A stretch of 64,000 bases of DNA, taken from Bradymonadia bacterium (GTDB taxonomy: Bacteria; Myxococcota_A; Bradymonadia; UBA7976; UBA1532). The DNA is taken from contig JBKAGE010000076.1 of the NCBI GenBank assembly GCA_046290225.1, positions 1 through 64,000 on the forward strand. The letters run 5' to 3'. Under the pieces are notes generated by a model. The model was not told the origin of the DNA. It did not search any database and worked only from the letters and a program-made list of their open reading frames with translations. Shown piece by piece: positions 33,104-42,307 of the stretch. The position numbers were made by a program, and so were the translations under genes. Every line of letters begins with the position of its first letter. Within the stretch, counting starts at the first letter, position 1.

Positions 33104-33313
33104 GCCTCTCGATGGCTTGGGTGTGTCTCTCTGTCGAGGGGCAGATGTATAGCCTCTGGGTGGGGTTGCTCTCCAGAGACACGATACGAACCACGCTCAT
33201 GTTGTGTACCGGTTCGCCCCTCAGCCCAAACACCACCCTCGCCCCAAAGCTGGAGCAACGCCGTGCACGAGCCGCGGAAGCGCGGAGGTGGCGGCAGTCG
33301 TCGATGAGGTGGT

Positions 33314-33400
33314 GAGTTTGCGTGCAGGCCCGGCGGAAAAACCGCAGTCGTGGCCGGAGGCCACGGCGAGGATTTTTCCGCCGGGCCTGTGCGTGAAATC
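33314..33400 (+). repeat. Long intergenic stem-loop (REP-like element, structured RNA or terminator)
   Basis: Perfect 17-bp inverted repeat CAGGCCCGGCGGAAAAA / TTTTTCCGCCGGGCCTG enclosing a second stem CGTGGCC/GGCCACG. Confidence 0.8.
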
Positions 33401-33406
33401 GCCGGC

Positions 33407-35707
33407 TCAGCGGCGGCTGCCGCCGCCGGAGAGCCGGAGCAAAGTCACTTGCCAGGGCTTCGGGTACATGCCCAGCGCCAGCGAGCCGTCGGGGGCAAAG
33501 GCAGCTTCGGGCGCATCCGTGGCGGGGGCCGCCTGACCCGTAGAGCGGGCGATGTGACGGATCGGCTGCTGCGCACCCGTGTTGGTGTCGACCAGCACCG
33601 CCTCAAGGCCGCGGCGGGCGAAGAAGATCCAGCGGCCGTCGGGGGACACCTCGAGGTGCGAGGGCACCGAGGGCACCCAGACTCCGCCACCGATGTCGAA
33701 GTGGAAGGTCTGGGCCTGTGCCCCATCCAGATCAGAGATGACCACCGTGCACTGCTGTGTGTTGCAGTACTCCCGCAAGATACGGCTCTCGCTCACCATC
33801 CAGGTCTGCGTCAACGCGCCACCGTGACCTTGGAGGAGGTTGTCCACCACGCGGGTGCCCCCGGCGCTCTCGGCCACATTGGCCATCACCTTCAAGACAG
33901 GTGCGCCGTCGGTGCTGAACAGATCAGCGATGGGCTGTGTCACATCGAGCACCTTCAGGCCTTCTTTGGTCGGCACCACGATGCGGTTGGCCCGCACCTT
34001 CATGCCACGGGCGTCGAAGCCCACACGCGCTCGAGGGATGACCTGAAAGTACTCAGGGTTCAGCTTGCCCGTCTTCGATGAGCGGGTGTAGCCCTTCACG
34101 AAGTCGTCCAGATCGGTCGACACCAGCACGCTGCAGTCGGCGTTCACCCCGAAGTTCCAGCCCTCGCCCATCTTCACCATGTTCGACGGTGTGTACTTCC
34201 GCTTCCCCTTAGGGGAATACACCACCAGATCACCTCGGTAATTCACCGCCGCCAGGGCGCCGTTGGGGCAGCTCTCCACGTGAATCACGTCTTTGCGCAT
34301 CGACTTGCTCAGCCAGAGGCGCTTGCCTGTGGCGGTGTCGATCACCCGGACCTTATCGTCGTTGCCGCCCACGGCGAGGCGCCCCGTATCGCCGAGCCAG
34401 GCCACGGCGTCGACGGTGCCGTCACCCTTCATGCCCGAGCTGCGACCCTTCTTGGGGTGGGCGTCGATGATGCTGCTCACCTGCCAGCCCAGATCTTCCA
34501 CCTTCTCGACCCCGGGGCTCGCCGAGGTGCTCACCTGTACCACCTCTTCGAGAAGCGGCTTGGGGCCTGGCAAGGGCAGCTCGAAGGCCTTGATCGAACC
34601 GTCATAGGCCGCCACATAGCCCATCTTGCTGTCAGCGACGAGCTGCGTCGGCGCCTTGGACAAAGCCACAGTGCCCACTCGACGCATGTCGACGGGATCG
34701 AGCAAGAACGCGAAGTCGTCCATCCCCGTGCCGCCGACAGCAGAGAGCAACACAGCGCCAGCGTTCGCCGGCGATATCCCCGCGTTGCCGGGCGTACTCC
34801 GGCCAACAGGCTTCTTCGTCTCCAGGTCATATGCGATGAGCGCGCTCGTCGAGGAGACGTACAGACGATCCATGTCGGCCTGCACCAGCCCGCCATCCAC
34901 GGACTGGCCGCCCTCGATGGCCGTACAGGTGACGTTGTTCGGGTTCTTGATCGAGGTCATGCACACCTCGGTGAAGCTGCCCCCGTGGATCCCGTGCGCC
35001 GTGGCGAGGGTGTCGCCTCCAGCATCGAGGAAGGTCAAGTAGGGCTTCTTCACCGGGAAGGTGAGGGTACGGGCCTCGCCGGTGGCGCAGCTGACCGCCG
35101 TGAGGCCGTTGAAGAGACGCCCTCGGCCAGAGAATGTGTAGGCGAAGACCGAGCCGCCGCCGTCGCCGGCGAGCTCGCTGGGCACCGGGGTACGCCAGCG
35201 GGTCGTGCCATCTACAGGATCGATGGCGCGGGCGAGCAGGGTGCTCTTGCCGTTGGCGTCAGCACCTCGATGAGAGACCACCACGAGGCGACTGCCCTCG
35301 CAAGTGGTCAGGCGGCTGGCGGGGGCCTCGAGTTCGATGGCCCACTTCTGCTTGCCGGTCTGTGGATCGAGGCCCAACAGCTGCGTGTCTTCGGCGTTTC
35401 GCCACACCACGACGCCACCTGCGAGGGCGATCTCACCGTGTTGATAGTCATGTGGTTTGCGGGGTTTCTTCTTCCACACCCGCTTTCCTGTGGTGGTGTT
35501 GAAGGCATACAGCTCACCGGACCAGCTCACGGCGATCAGGCGCTCACCTGTGGAGAGCATGTCGACAGGGCCAGCGTCTTTGCCGGCTTTGGCGCTCCAG
35601 CGGACCTTCAGGGGCTTGTTCATCAGATCGGTGCCCACAGGGCCAGCAGTGGCGAGGCTGGCGGTGAGCAGAACGGCACCGAGGCTGCTCAGGATGGGAA
35701 AACGCAT
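33407..35707 (-). CDS. Secreted PQQ-like/WD40 beta-propeller protein
   Basis: Signal peptide; repeated AxDxxTGKxxW motifs; WD-like GGNDDKVRVID. Start ATG 35707 with a GGAGGAG RBS. Confidence 0.82.
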   Translation of the reverse strand: MRFPILSSLGAVLLTASLATAGPVGTDLMNKPLKVRWSAKAGKDAGPVDMLSTGERLIAVSWSGELYAFNTTTGKRVWKKKPRKPHDYQHGEIALAGGVVVWRNAEDTQLLGLDPQTGKQKWAIELEAPASRLTTCEGSRLVVVSHRGADANGKSTLLARAIDPVDGTTRWRTPVPSELAGDGGGSVFAYTFSGRGRLFNGLTAVSCATGEARTLTFPVKKPYLTFLDAGGDTLATAHGIHGGSFTEVCMTSIKNPNNVTCTAIEGGQSVDGGLVQADMDRLYVSSTSALIAYDLETKKPVGRSTPGNAGISPANAGAVLLSAVGGTGMDDFAFLLDPVDMRRVGTVALSKAPTQLVADSKMGYVAAYDGSIKAFELPLPGPKPLLEEVVQVSTSASPGVEKVEDLGWQVSSIIDAHPKKGRSSGMKGDGTVDAVAWLGDTGRLAVGGNDDKVRVIDTATGKRLWLSKSMRKDVIHVESCPNGALAAVNYRGDLVVYSPKGKRKYTPSNMVKMGEGWNFGVNADCSVLVSTDLDDFVKGYTRSSKTGKLNPEYFQVIPRARVGFDARGMKVRANRIVVPTKEGLKVLDVTQPIADLFSTDGAPVLKVMANVAESAGGTRVVDNLLQGHGGALTQTWMVSESRILREYCNTQQCTVVISDLDGAQAQTFHFDIGGGVWVPSVPSHLEVSPDGRWIFFARRGLEAVLVDTNTGAQQPIRHIARSTGQAAPATDAPEAAFAPDGSLALGMYPKPWQVTLLRLSGGGSRR

Positions 35708-35803
35708 GGGACTCCTCCATAGACAGGGCGGCCATTGTGGCCTTTCACCTGTGATCTGCACAGTCTCGGAGGGCGTTTTTTTCTGGCGGGTTCAGGCAGA
35801 GGC

Positions 35804-36223
35804 TCAGATGCCCTGCTTCCCCGTGTTGCCACGGTTGTCGCCCACGTGGGGGGTCACGTCCGGGGGCGTCTCCGTAATGTTCAGGGCACGGCTCTTCAGG
35901 GTGTGCGGGCCCAGGTTCACCTCACCCCCCTCCACCGTCACGGGGAGCTTCAAGGGTTCGTAACCGATGGCGTTGATCACGATTGTGTAGGTCGTGTCTT
36001 CGAGGCCCTCGAAACCACCGTTCTCCATAACGCGGCGGTTGATGTTGAAGACTCCCAGGCGGGTGGTCTTGACGAAATCCGTGGCCGGCTGGGTCTTCAC
36101 CTCGATCCCTTTGATGGGATCACCCTGCTCGTCGACCAGCTGGCCGATGATCGCCCGCTGGCTGCCGCACCCCACGAGCCCGAGCAGGCCGAGCCCCATC
36201 AACACTCGACGGTAGTCATTCAT
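35804..36223 (-). CDS. Lipoprotein with a carboxypeptidase-regulatory-like (beta-sandwich) domain
   Basis: Lipobox LVGC; IIGQLVDEQGDPIKG...YTIVINAIGY; GAGGAG RBS. Confidence 0.75.
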   Translation of the reverse strand: MNDYRRVLMGLGLLGLVGCGSQRAIIGQLVDEQGDPIKGIEVKTQPATDFVKTTRLGVFNINRRVMENGGFEGLEDTTYTIVINAIGYEPLKLPVTVEGGEVNLGPHTLKSRALNITETPPDVTPHVGDNRGNTGKQGI

Positions 36224-36283
36224 GTCAATCTCCTCGTGAAGCAGTCTTTGCTCTATAGACGGCAGCCCACAGAATAACTGAAA

Positions 36284-37681
36284 TCACAGTGGAGACAGAA
36301 GGGTCCCCAATGCAATGGGCTTCACCGCGCTGAGGAGATGTACGCGCCGGCTCAGCAAATGATCCACGCACGCCTCTGCCAGTGGCATGTGCTCTTCAGC
36401 CCCCACATCGGCCATCAAGGGGTGAACACACTCGACCAGCACGTCGCCGGATTCGATCACGATCACATCGACACACGCCGCGGTCCAGCCCATGGCTTCA
36501 GCGCCCCTTACAGCCAGATCGGTCAGCAGGGTGTGCTGATCTTCAGTGCCTGGCACTTCGCCGATCACCACCCCGTCGATCACCCTCAGGCGATGACGCG
36601 CCAGAGGGATTGCGCCGCTCTCCACCACAACCATGGGCGCGGCATCGAGCTGCTGCCGAAGCAGAACTTCGAGGGTGTGCACATCTGTGACCGGCACGAC
36701 ATATGGGGGCAATGCTCGATCAGATGCGGGGACCAGCACCCGCACGGGGAGCCCGCCCAAGGCCGTTACGAGATCTTCAGCGCGCCAGGTCATCTGGCGG
36801 TGCACCATCAGGCGAGGTCGAGTGGGCACGTCGGCCCAATCCAGCAACTGTGCCCCAGGACACGGCGCCCACAACGGCCCCTGCGGGTGATGGTGGAGCG
36901 TGGCCACCTGAGGGCCGAAGCACTGGCGTTCGATGTATCGAGCCAGCGCCGTGTCGCTCACACACAACAACATCGATCCTGGTGCCAACGGCCCTGTGGT
37001 GGGATCCATCGAGCGCGGGGTGATCTCCACTGCGCCGATCGATCGGGCGCTGCAGGCCGCCTCGAGGGCCCTCACCATCGCTGGAGCAGGCCTCGCTGGA
37101 TCAACCACCCAATGCAGCGTAGGCGCCACGGGCTCCGGAGGCCCATATGCGTGCCACGTGAGGGTGGTCCGCACACCACCACGAACCGGCAGCACCTCGT
37201 GACATGCCCCTGGATCAGGCACATCACCGAGATAATTGCGCCAGATGGCGAGGCGACCTGAACGCGGCACGATCTCAGTGGCCTGCGGGCCACTTTCAGG
37301 CCAGCGGCTCTGGCCTCCGGCCTCCGGGGCCTCTACGTGCACCATGGCGCTGGCGTAGCGCCGTAGACCGCCGACCTCGTGGGCGTCGTGCACCGGCCCT
37401 CGGCCCTGGCCGATCTCACACCGATGCAGGCGCCAGACAGGCGGACCGAGGTGTGTGTCGAGATCGAAGCGGGCGATGAGGCGCCCGGCGAGGACCTCGA
37501 GTGCGGGGTGAGCGCTCAAGGGCAGATCGACCACGAGGCCGTCGGGCCCTCGATGCACCTGCGCCGAGGGTGGCCAGAGAGCTTCGTCGGCACACACCGC
37601 TCTCAAAGCACGGAGCAGAGGCTCGTCGACGAAGCCGTCGATGATGCGCAATTGTGGACGGTGAGCAGACTGGGCGCTCAT
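36284..37681 (-). CDS. 2OG-Fe(II) oxygenase (prolyl-4-hydroxylase-like) domain fused to a degenerate ATP-grasp-like domain
   Basis: PQLRIIDGFV...RRYASAMVHV...GGQSRWP...PRSGRLAIWRN...HEVLPVRGGVR, then LGGLPVRV...RLRVIDGVVIG...ACVDVI...LVEC. Start ATG 37681. Confidence 0.65.
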   Translation of the reverse strand: MSAQSAHRPQLRIIDGFVDEPLLRALRAVCADEALWPPSAQVHRGPDGLVVDLPLSAHPALEVLAGRLIARFDLDTHLGPPVWRLHRCEIGQGRGPVHDAHEVGGLRRYASAMVHVEAPEAGGQSRWPESGPQATEIVPRSGRLAIWRNYLGDVPDPGACHEVLPVRGGVRTTLTWHAYGPPEPVAPTLHWVVDPARPAPAMVRALEAACSARSIGAVEITPRSMDPTTGPLAPGSMLLCVSDTALARYIERQCFGPQVATLHHHPQGPLWAPCPGAQLLDWADVPTRPRLMVHRQMTWRAEDLVTALGGLPVRVLVPASDRALPPYVVPVTDVHTLEVLLRQQLDAAPMVVVESGAIPLARHRLRVIDGVVIGEVPGTEDQHTLLTDLAVRGAEAMGWTAACVDVIVIESGDVLVECVHPLMADVGAEEHMPLAEACVDHLLSRRVHLLSAVKPIALGTLLSPL

Positions 37682-37755
37682 GGAGTGCTCTTGCGACCTC
37701 GCCGGAGAGAGTGGATGGTGAGGGCGCACCATAATCCTCTCCGAGAGCGATCACC

Positions 37756-39726
37756 ATGTCATCGGCCCCACTGAGCGCCTGGGCCCTCGCCGGACTCCTG
37801 CTCACCGCCTTCGCCCACTCAACAGCCACCGCCGAGCCAGCGGTCGACCGATATGGCGATCCGCTCCCTGAGGATGCCGTAGCCCGACTCGGGAGCGCAC
37901 GGTTGATGCACCCGGGGCCGGTCATCGGCGCGCAGTTCGTCCAACAGGGCCGAGCACTGCTCGTGGCCTTCATACCTGCCCCTGCGGCTGATCCACAGAT
38001 GGTGCGTCCCACCATGCGTCTGTGGTCGGTGCACGACGGCGCCCTCCTCAAAGAGATCGAGGGTCCTCCCTTCCCGCTGACGCCGCCCAGGACGAGCCCG
38101 GACGGCAACATCATCGTGGCGCTCGACGCCCTCGGCCGACCCCGCCCCCTCGATCTCGAGGCGGGGCGGTTCGGTGCTCCTGTGGTGCTGCAAGGGGCGA
38201 GCGGCATCACCGCCATCGCGCCCACCAGCGATGGCCACGTGCTCGCCGCTGATGGCCAGCAAGTGGGGCTGTGGGCCTGGCCTTCAGGGGCGCGGGTGCG
38301 GACCTTCGACCTCGGCAGCCGGTGGCCCGAGCAGCTCACCGTGAACGCAGAGGGCACCCGGGGCGCCGTCGCCGTGGGCGATCGCGGAGACGTGGCCCTC
38401 TTGATGCTCGACCGACAAGAGCCAGTCCGTGTGTTGCCAGGCAACGGCCGCTCTGTCGTGGGTCTCGACCTGGACCCCAAAGGCGAGAGCGTCGCCATCG
38501 CCGAAGAGGGAGGCACCCTGCGCGTTCACCGTTTCCAGGGGCCCAGGCGCTTCGACCCCATCCAAGGTGGCCGCGGACTGTTCTCTGCAGATGGGCAGCG
38601 CATCTTCGTCGGATACCCGACCCCGAGCATCCATGTTGTGGCCGATGGTACCCGACAGGCGTCGATCCTCTCTGGCTGGCCGGGATTGATTCGCGTACTC
38701 GATCGAGGGCCAGCCCTCGCGGTGTTGGTGAATCAGCGACACGTGGTGCTGACCACCCTCTCAGGCACCCCACTGCATCTCGAACAGACCGCAGGCACAG
38801 CCCGCTCAAGCCAGGCTTTTGGCCAGCTGCTCGACGCCCCCAAAGGCGGTGTACCTCGGGCCCTCACGTGGGCCCCCGCTGCCGGCGTATCCGTCTGGTC
38901 CGGGGGCGGCGAGCGTGTCGCGTCAGGACACGAAGGGCTCGATCTGCTCGGCGCCACCGCCCTCAAAGGGGATCAGGTGGCGCTGCATCACCGCAGCCTC
39001 GATGGTGCGCAAATCACCCTGGTGACCCTCACCGATCTCGATGACGTTCGTCGGTTCCCTGTCCGGGCCGAGTCACCTTCTCACTTGAGCACGGGGCCGA
39101 AGGGCAACCGGATCTTCATCACCAGCCAGGGGGTCGACGACCCGCTCTGGCGCGCCGATGTTCGCACAGGCCGTGGGGGCCGCCAGACACCCGACAAGGG
39201 GAAATGGTCTACGGTGTGTCATGGCCCTGACGGGCAGATCGCCGCCCTGGTCTTCAGCCCGGCCCCCGGGTGGCGCAAGACCCCTTCTGGGAGCGTGTAC
39301 CTCTGGGCCAATCACCGGGCCAAGGGCAAGCGCATCATCCTCGAAGTCGCCGGACGCCTCGGCAGGGGGCGCCAGCCCGACCTGCGGACGTGTGCCTTCA
39401 CCCCAAGCGGTCGCACCCTGATCGTCGCCGGCCCCAACGGCATCCACTTCGTCGATGCCCGACGAGGTCGACGCCGCCGAAAGCACATCGACCTGCCTGA
39501 CCAGCTGGCCTTCTCTATGGCGCTCTCTCCTGACGGCCGATGGCTCGCCGCAGGCGACGCCGAGGGCGCGATTCGCCTCTGGAAGACCGACGATGGTGCT
39601 GCGGGGCCCACCCTGCGGGGGCACCTCGACGGCGTGCACCACCTTCACTTCTCCGCCGATGGCGCCCATCTGCTCTCGATGAGCGCAGACACCACAGGGC
39701 TGATCTGGCGACTCCCACCGCTCTGA
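37756..39726 (+). CDS. Secreted WD40-repeat protein
   Basis: Signal peptide, DRYGDPLPEDAVARLG motif, WD repeats (LSPDGRWLAAGDAEGAIRLW; LRGH...FSADG...SADTTGLIW). Confidence 0.88.
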   Translation: MSSAPLSAWALAGLLLTAFAHSTATAEPAVDRYGDPLPEDAVARLGSARLMHPGPVIGAQFVQQGRALLVAFIPAPAADPQMVRPTMRLWSVHDGALLKEIEGPPFPLTPPRTSPDGNIIVALDALGRPRPLDLEAGRFGAPVVLQGASGITAIAPTSDGHVLAADGQQVGLWAWPSGARVRTFDLGSRWPEQLTVNAEGTRGAVAVGDRGDVALLMLDRQEPVRVLPGNGRSVVGLDLDPKGESVAIAEEGGTLRVHRFQGPRRFDPIQGGRGLFSADGQRIFVGYPTPSIHVVADGTRQASILSGWPGLIRVLDRGPALAVLVNQRHVVLTTLSGTPLHLEQTAGTARSSQAFGQLLDAPKGGVPRALTWAPAAGVSVWSGGGERVASGHEGLDLLGATALKGDQVALHHRSLDGAQITLVTLTDLDDVRRFPVRAESPSHLSTGPKGNRIFITSQGVDDPLWRADVRTGRGGRQTPDKGKWSTVCHGPDGQIAALVFSPAPGWRKTPSGSVYLWANHRAKGKRIILEVAGRLGRGRQPDLRTCAFTPSGRTLIVAGPNGIHFVDARRGRRRRKHIDLPDQLAFSMALSPDGRWLAAGDAEGAIRLWKTDDGAAGPTLRGHLDGVHHLHFSADGAHLLSMSADTTGLIWRLPPL

Positions 39727-39855
39727 TGACCCATAAAGGGCATCTCACACCTGACCAGCCCTTCAACACGCACCTCGACCAACCGATGAACAGGGATGTG
39801 TTGTTCTGTGCGAGCAACACCTATGAGGTTTGCGTCGGGTACTTTGAGGGCATTG

Positions 39856-41394
39856 ATGCACACGCCACCCATCGAACCGGTGTTGCGACTCGTAATGGAC
39901 GCCATTCCGCAATGCGTGTTCTGGAAATCCAGGGAGTTCGTCTACCTGGGCTGCAACAAGAACTTCGCCCGAGTGGCGGGCCTCTCCGATCCGTCGGAGA
40001 TCGTCGGTCTCACCGACGAAATGCTGCCCTGGAGCTCGGAGGAGACCCTCCGCTTCCGCTCGGATGATCGCCGCGTCATGGAGAGCGGAGAGGCCCGCTT
40101 CAACATCGTCGAGCATTTGATGGATGCCGAGGGCAAACGCCGCTGGCTCGAGACCAACAAGATCCCCCTGCGAGATCCAGAGGGTCAGATCTACGGGGTG
40201 TTGGGCACATTCGAAGACGTCACCCACACCTTCGCTCAGCAAGAAAGCCTCAAGCGCCTCAATGGGCAGCTGCGGCAGATTCAGCGATTCGAGCAGCTCG
40301 GCGGGCTGCTCAAGGGCATCGCCCACGACTTCAACAATCTGCTCACCACCATCTCGGTTCAAAGCGAGCTGATACAAAACAGCGCCGATGATCAAGAGAC
40401 GCTGCACTCGTCGACCGAGCGCATTCTGGCCTCGGTGGCCTCGTCGAAACAGCTCTGTCAGCAAATGAGTGTCTTTGCCGGTGACGAGCAGGTGGTCCTG
40501 TCACCGCTCAACATCGGCGAGCTGTTTCATGGCGCCAATGGACTGATCCGCGCCCTGGTGCCTCAAAACACCCGCTTCAACGTCACGATCCCCGAGCACA
40601 TGCCCACCATCGACGGTGACACAGTGCAGCTGCGTCAGCTGGTCCTCAACCTGCTGAGCAATGCCGCCGAGGCGACCTCGAAGATCGAGCACCCGCGCAT
40701 CAGCATCGAAGCCTTCCCTCACATGGTGGAAGAAGACGACGCGGTGCCCGCAGGTGAGTACGTCGCCCTTCAGATCACCGACAACGGCCGTGGGATCCCC
40801 AATTCGCTCAAAGAGAAGATCTTCGAGCCCTGCTTCTCGACCCACCCACGACACACAGGCCTCGGGCTCTCGATGGCTCGGGAGATCGCCCACCGCCATA
40901 CCGGGCATCTGATCCTGGTGGACAGCGCACCGGGTCAGACGATCTTCAGAGTATTGCTGCCCCAACAGGGTGCGATGACCCCTCTGCCTCAGAGCCTCAC
41001 CCCGGAGGGCCAGCCCACAGCCTTCGAAGGGCGCTGCCTGCTCGTCGACGACGAGCCTCTCACCCGACGCTCGTTGAGCCTCGTGTTGCAGCGGGCTGGC
41101 TTCGAAGTGATCGAGGCCACGAACGGGCTCGAAGGGATCGCGCTTCACGAGCGCCACGCAGAAGAGATCTCGGTGGTGGTCCTCGACGTGACGATGCCAG
41201 GCATGGGCGGCATCGAGGCCCTCTCCCGCATGCGCATGAACCACCCGGGCACCCCGGTGGTGCTCATGAGCGGCTACGCCGACAAGGTGCTCGACGGCGC
41301 CCTCTTCGGTGACTGGCACCCGGTTTTTCTGCAAAAGCCCTTCAACTCAGGGCAGCTCTTCGAGTCCATCATCGAAGCCCTCTCCGAAGGCTGA
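39856..41394 (+). CDS. PAS-domain hybrid histidine kinase/response regulator
   Basis: PAS (FWKS...YLGCN...WLETNKIPL), H-box IAHDFNNLL, N-box NLLSNA, DNGRG, GLGL, and receiver LVDDE...LDVTMP...KP. Confidence 0.93.
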   Translation: MHTPPIEPVLRLVMDAIPQCVFWKSREFVYLGCNKNFARVAGLSDPSEIVGLTDEMLPWSSEETLRFRSDDRRVMESGEARFNIVEHLMDAEGKRRWLETNKIPLRDPEGQIYGVLGTFEDVTHTFAQQESLKRLNGQLRQIQRFEQLGGLLKGIAHDFNNLLTTISVQSELIQNSADDQETLHSSTERILASVASSKQLCQQMSVFAGDEQVVLSPLNIGELFHGANGLIRALVPQNTRFNVTIPEHMPTIDGDTVQLRQLVLNLLSNAAEATSKIEHPRISIEAFPHMVEEDDAVPAGEYVALQITDNGRGIPNSLKEKIFEPCFSTHPRHTGLGLSMAREIAHRHTGHLILVDSAPGQTIFRVLLPQQGAMTPLPQSLTPEGQPTAFEGRCLLVDDEPLTRRSLSLVLQRAGFEVIEATNGLEGIALHERHAEEISVVVLDVTMPGMGGIEALSRMRMNHPGTPVVLMSGYADKVLDGALFGDWHPVFLQKPFNSGQLFESIIEALSEG

Positions 41395-41416
41395 GCCTCC
41401 TGTAGAACCAAAGCCC

Positions 41417-42307
41417 TCAGAGATATCGCCGGGCGATGGACACCGCCTGGGCCCCGTACGATCCACCGAACAGCACACAGTGGTTGAGCACGTGATACAG
41501 CGTGTAGAGCGGCAGCCTCTCCTGCCAGCCTGCGCTCAAGGGCCAGCTGGCTGCGTACGCCTGGAACACACGTTGAGAGAAGCCGCCAAAGAGCACCATC
41601 ATGCCCAGCTCCGCTTCGCGGTGGGCGTAATATGCAGCAGGGTCGATGAGGGCGGGGCCGCCCTCAGGGCCAGTGTGTAGATTGCCCGACCACAGATCAC
41701 CATGAATCAGGGCTGGGGGCTCGGGATCGGCAGCAAGCAGCTCGGGGAGTCGATCGAGCACGCGTCGGAGCACCTGACCGTCTGCCACTGAGAGGTGCCC
41801 TTGCTGACCCGCACCCTCGATCAGTGGGGCCAGACGCTGTTCACGATAGAGGTCTGACCAGCAAGACTGCCAGACGTTCACCTGCAGTGTGGTGCCACAG
41901 TACGTGTCGGCGGAGAAGCCATAGTGGCCCGAGCACTGTTGATGTGGGGCGCGATGCATCGCCGCCAGGCCTGCGCCGAGGCGTTCGTCGAAGCCATGCC
42001 GCCGGGGCGCGAGGGGCAAGTGCTCGAGCACCAGGAACCCCGGGCGTCGGCCCACGGCGATCACCTCGGGGATCACCAGCTCTGCACCACTCGATGCCAC
42101 AGCCTGCGCCATGGCCCGCAGCCCCAGCGCTTCTCGCTCGAAGAGATCAGCAGGGCCGTTCGGGTGCCACTTGACGAAGTACCGACGACCGCCCACCGAA
42201 ACCAGAACCGACTCATTGATGCAGCCGCCACCCACAGGCTCGACCGCCGTGACTGGCCCACCCAGCGCGTCACTCAGAGCTGCACTCACCCCCCTGGGCA
42301 GCCTCAC
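41417..42307 (-). CDS. Fructosamine kinase family protein
   Basis: GGGCIN, FVK, PALIHGDLWSGN, IDPAAYYAHREAEL, FGGF. Confidence 0.93.
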   Translation of the reverse strand: MRLPRGVSAALSDALGGPVTAVEPVGGGCINESVLVSVGGRRYFVKWHPNGPADLFEREALGLRAMAQAVASSGAELVIPEVIAVGRRPGFLVLEHLPLAPRRHGFDERLGAGLAAMHRAPHQQCSGHYGFSADTYCGTTLQVNVWQSCWSDLYREQRLAPLIEGAGQQGHLSVADGQVLRRVLDRLPELLAADPEPPALIHGDLWSGNLHTGPEGGPALIDPAAYYAHREAELGMMVLFGGFSQRVFQAYAASWPLSAGWQERLPLYTLYHVLNHCVLFGGSYGAQAVSIARRYL

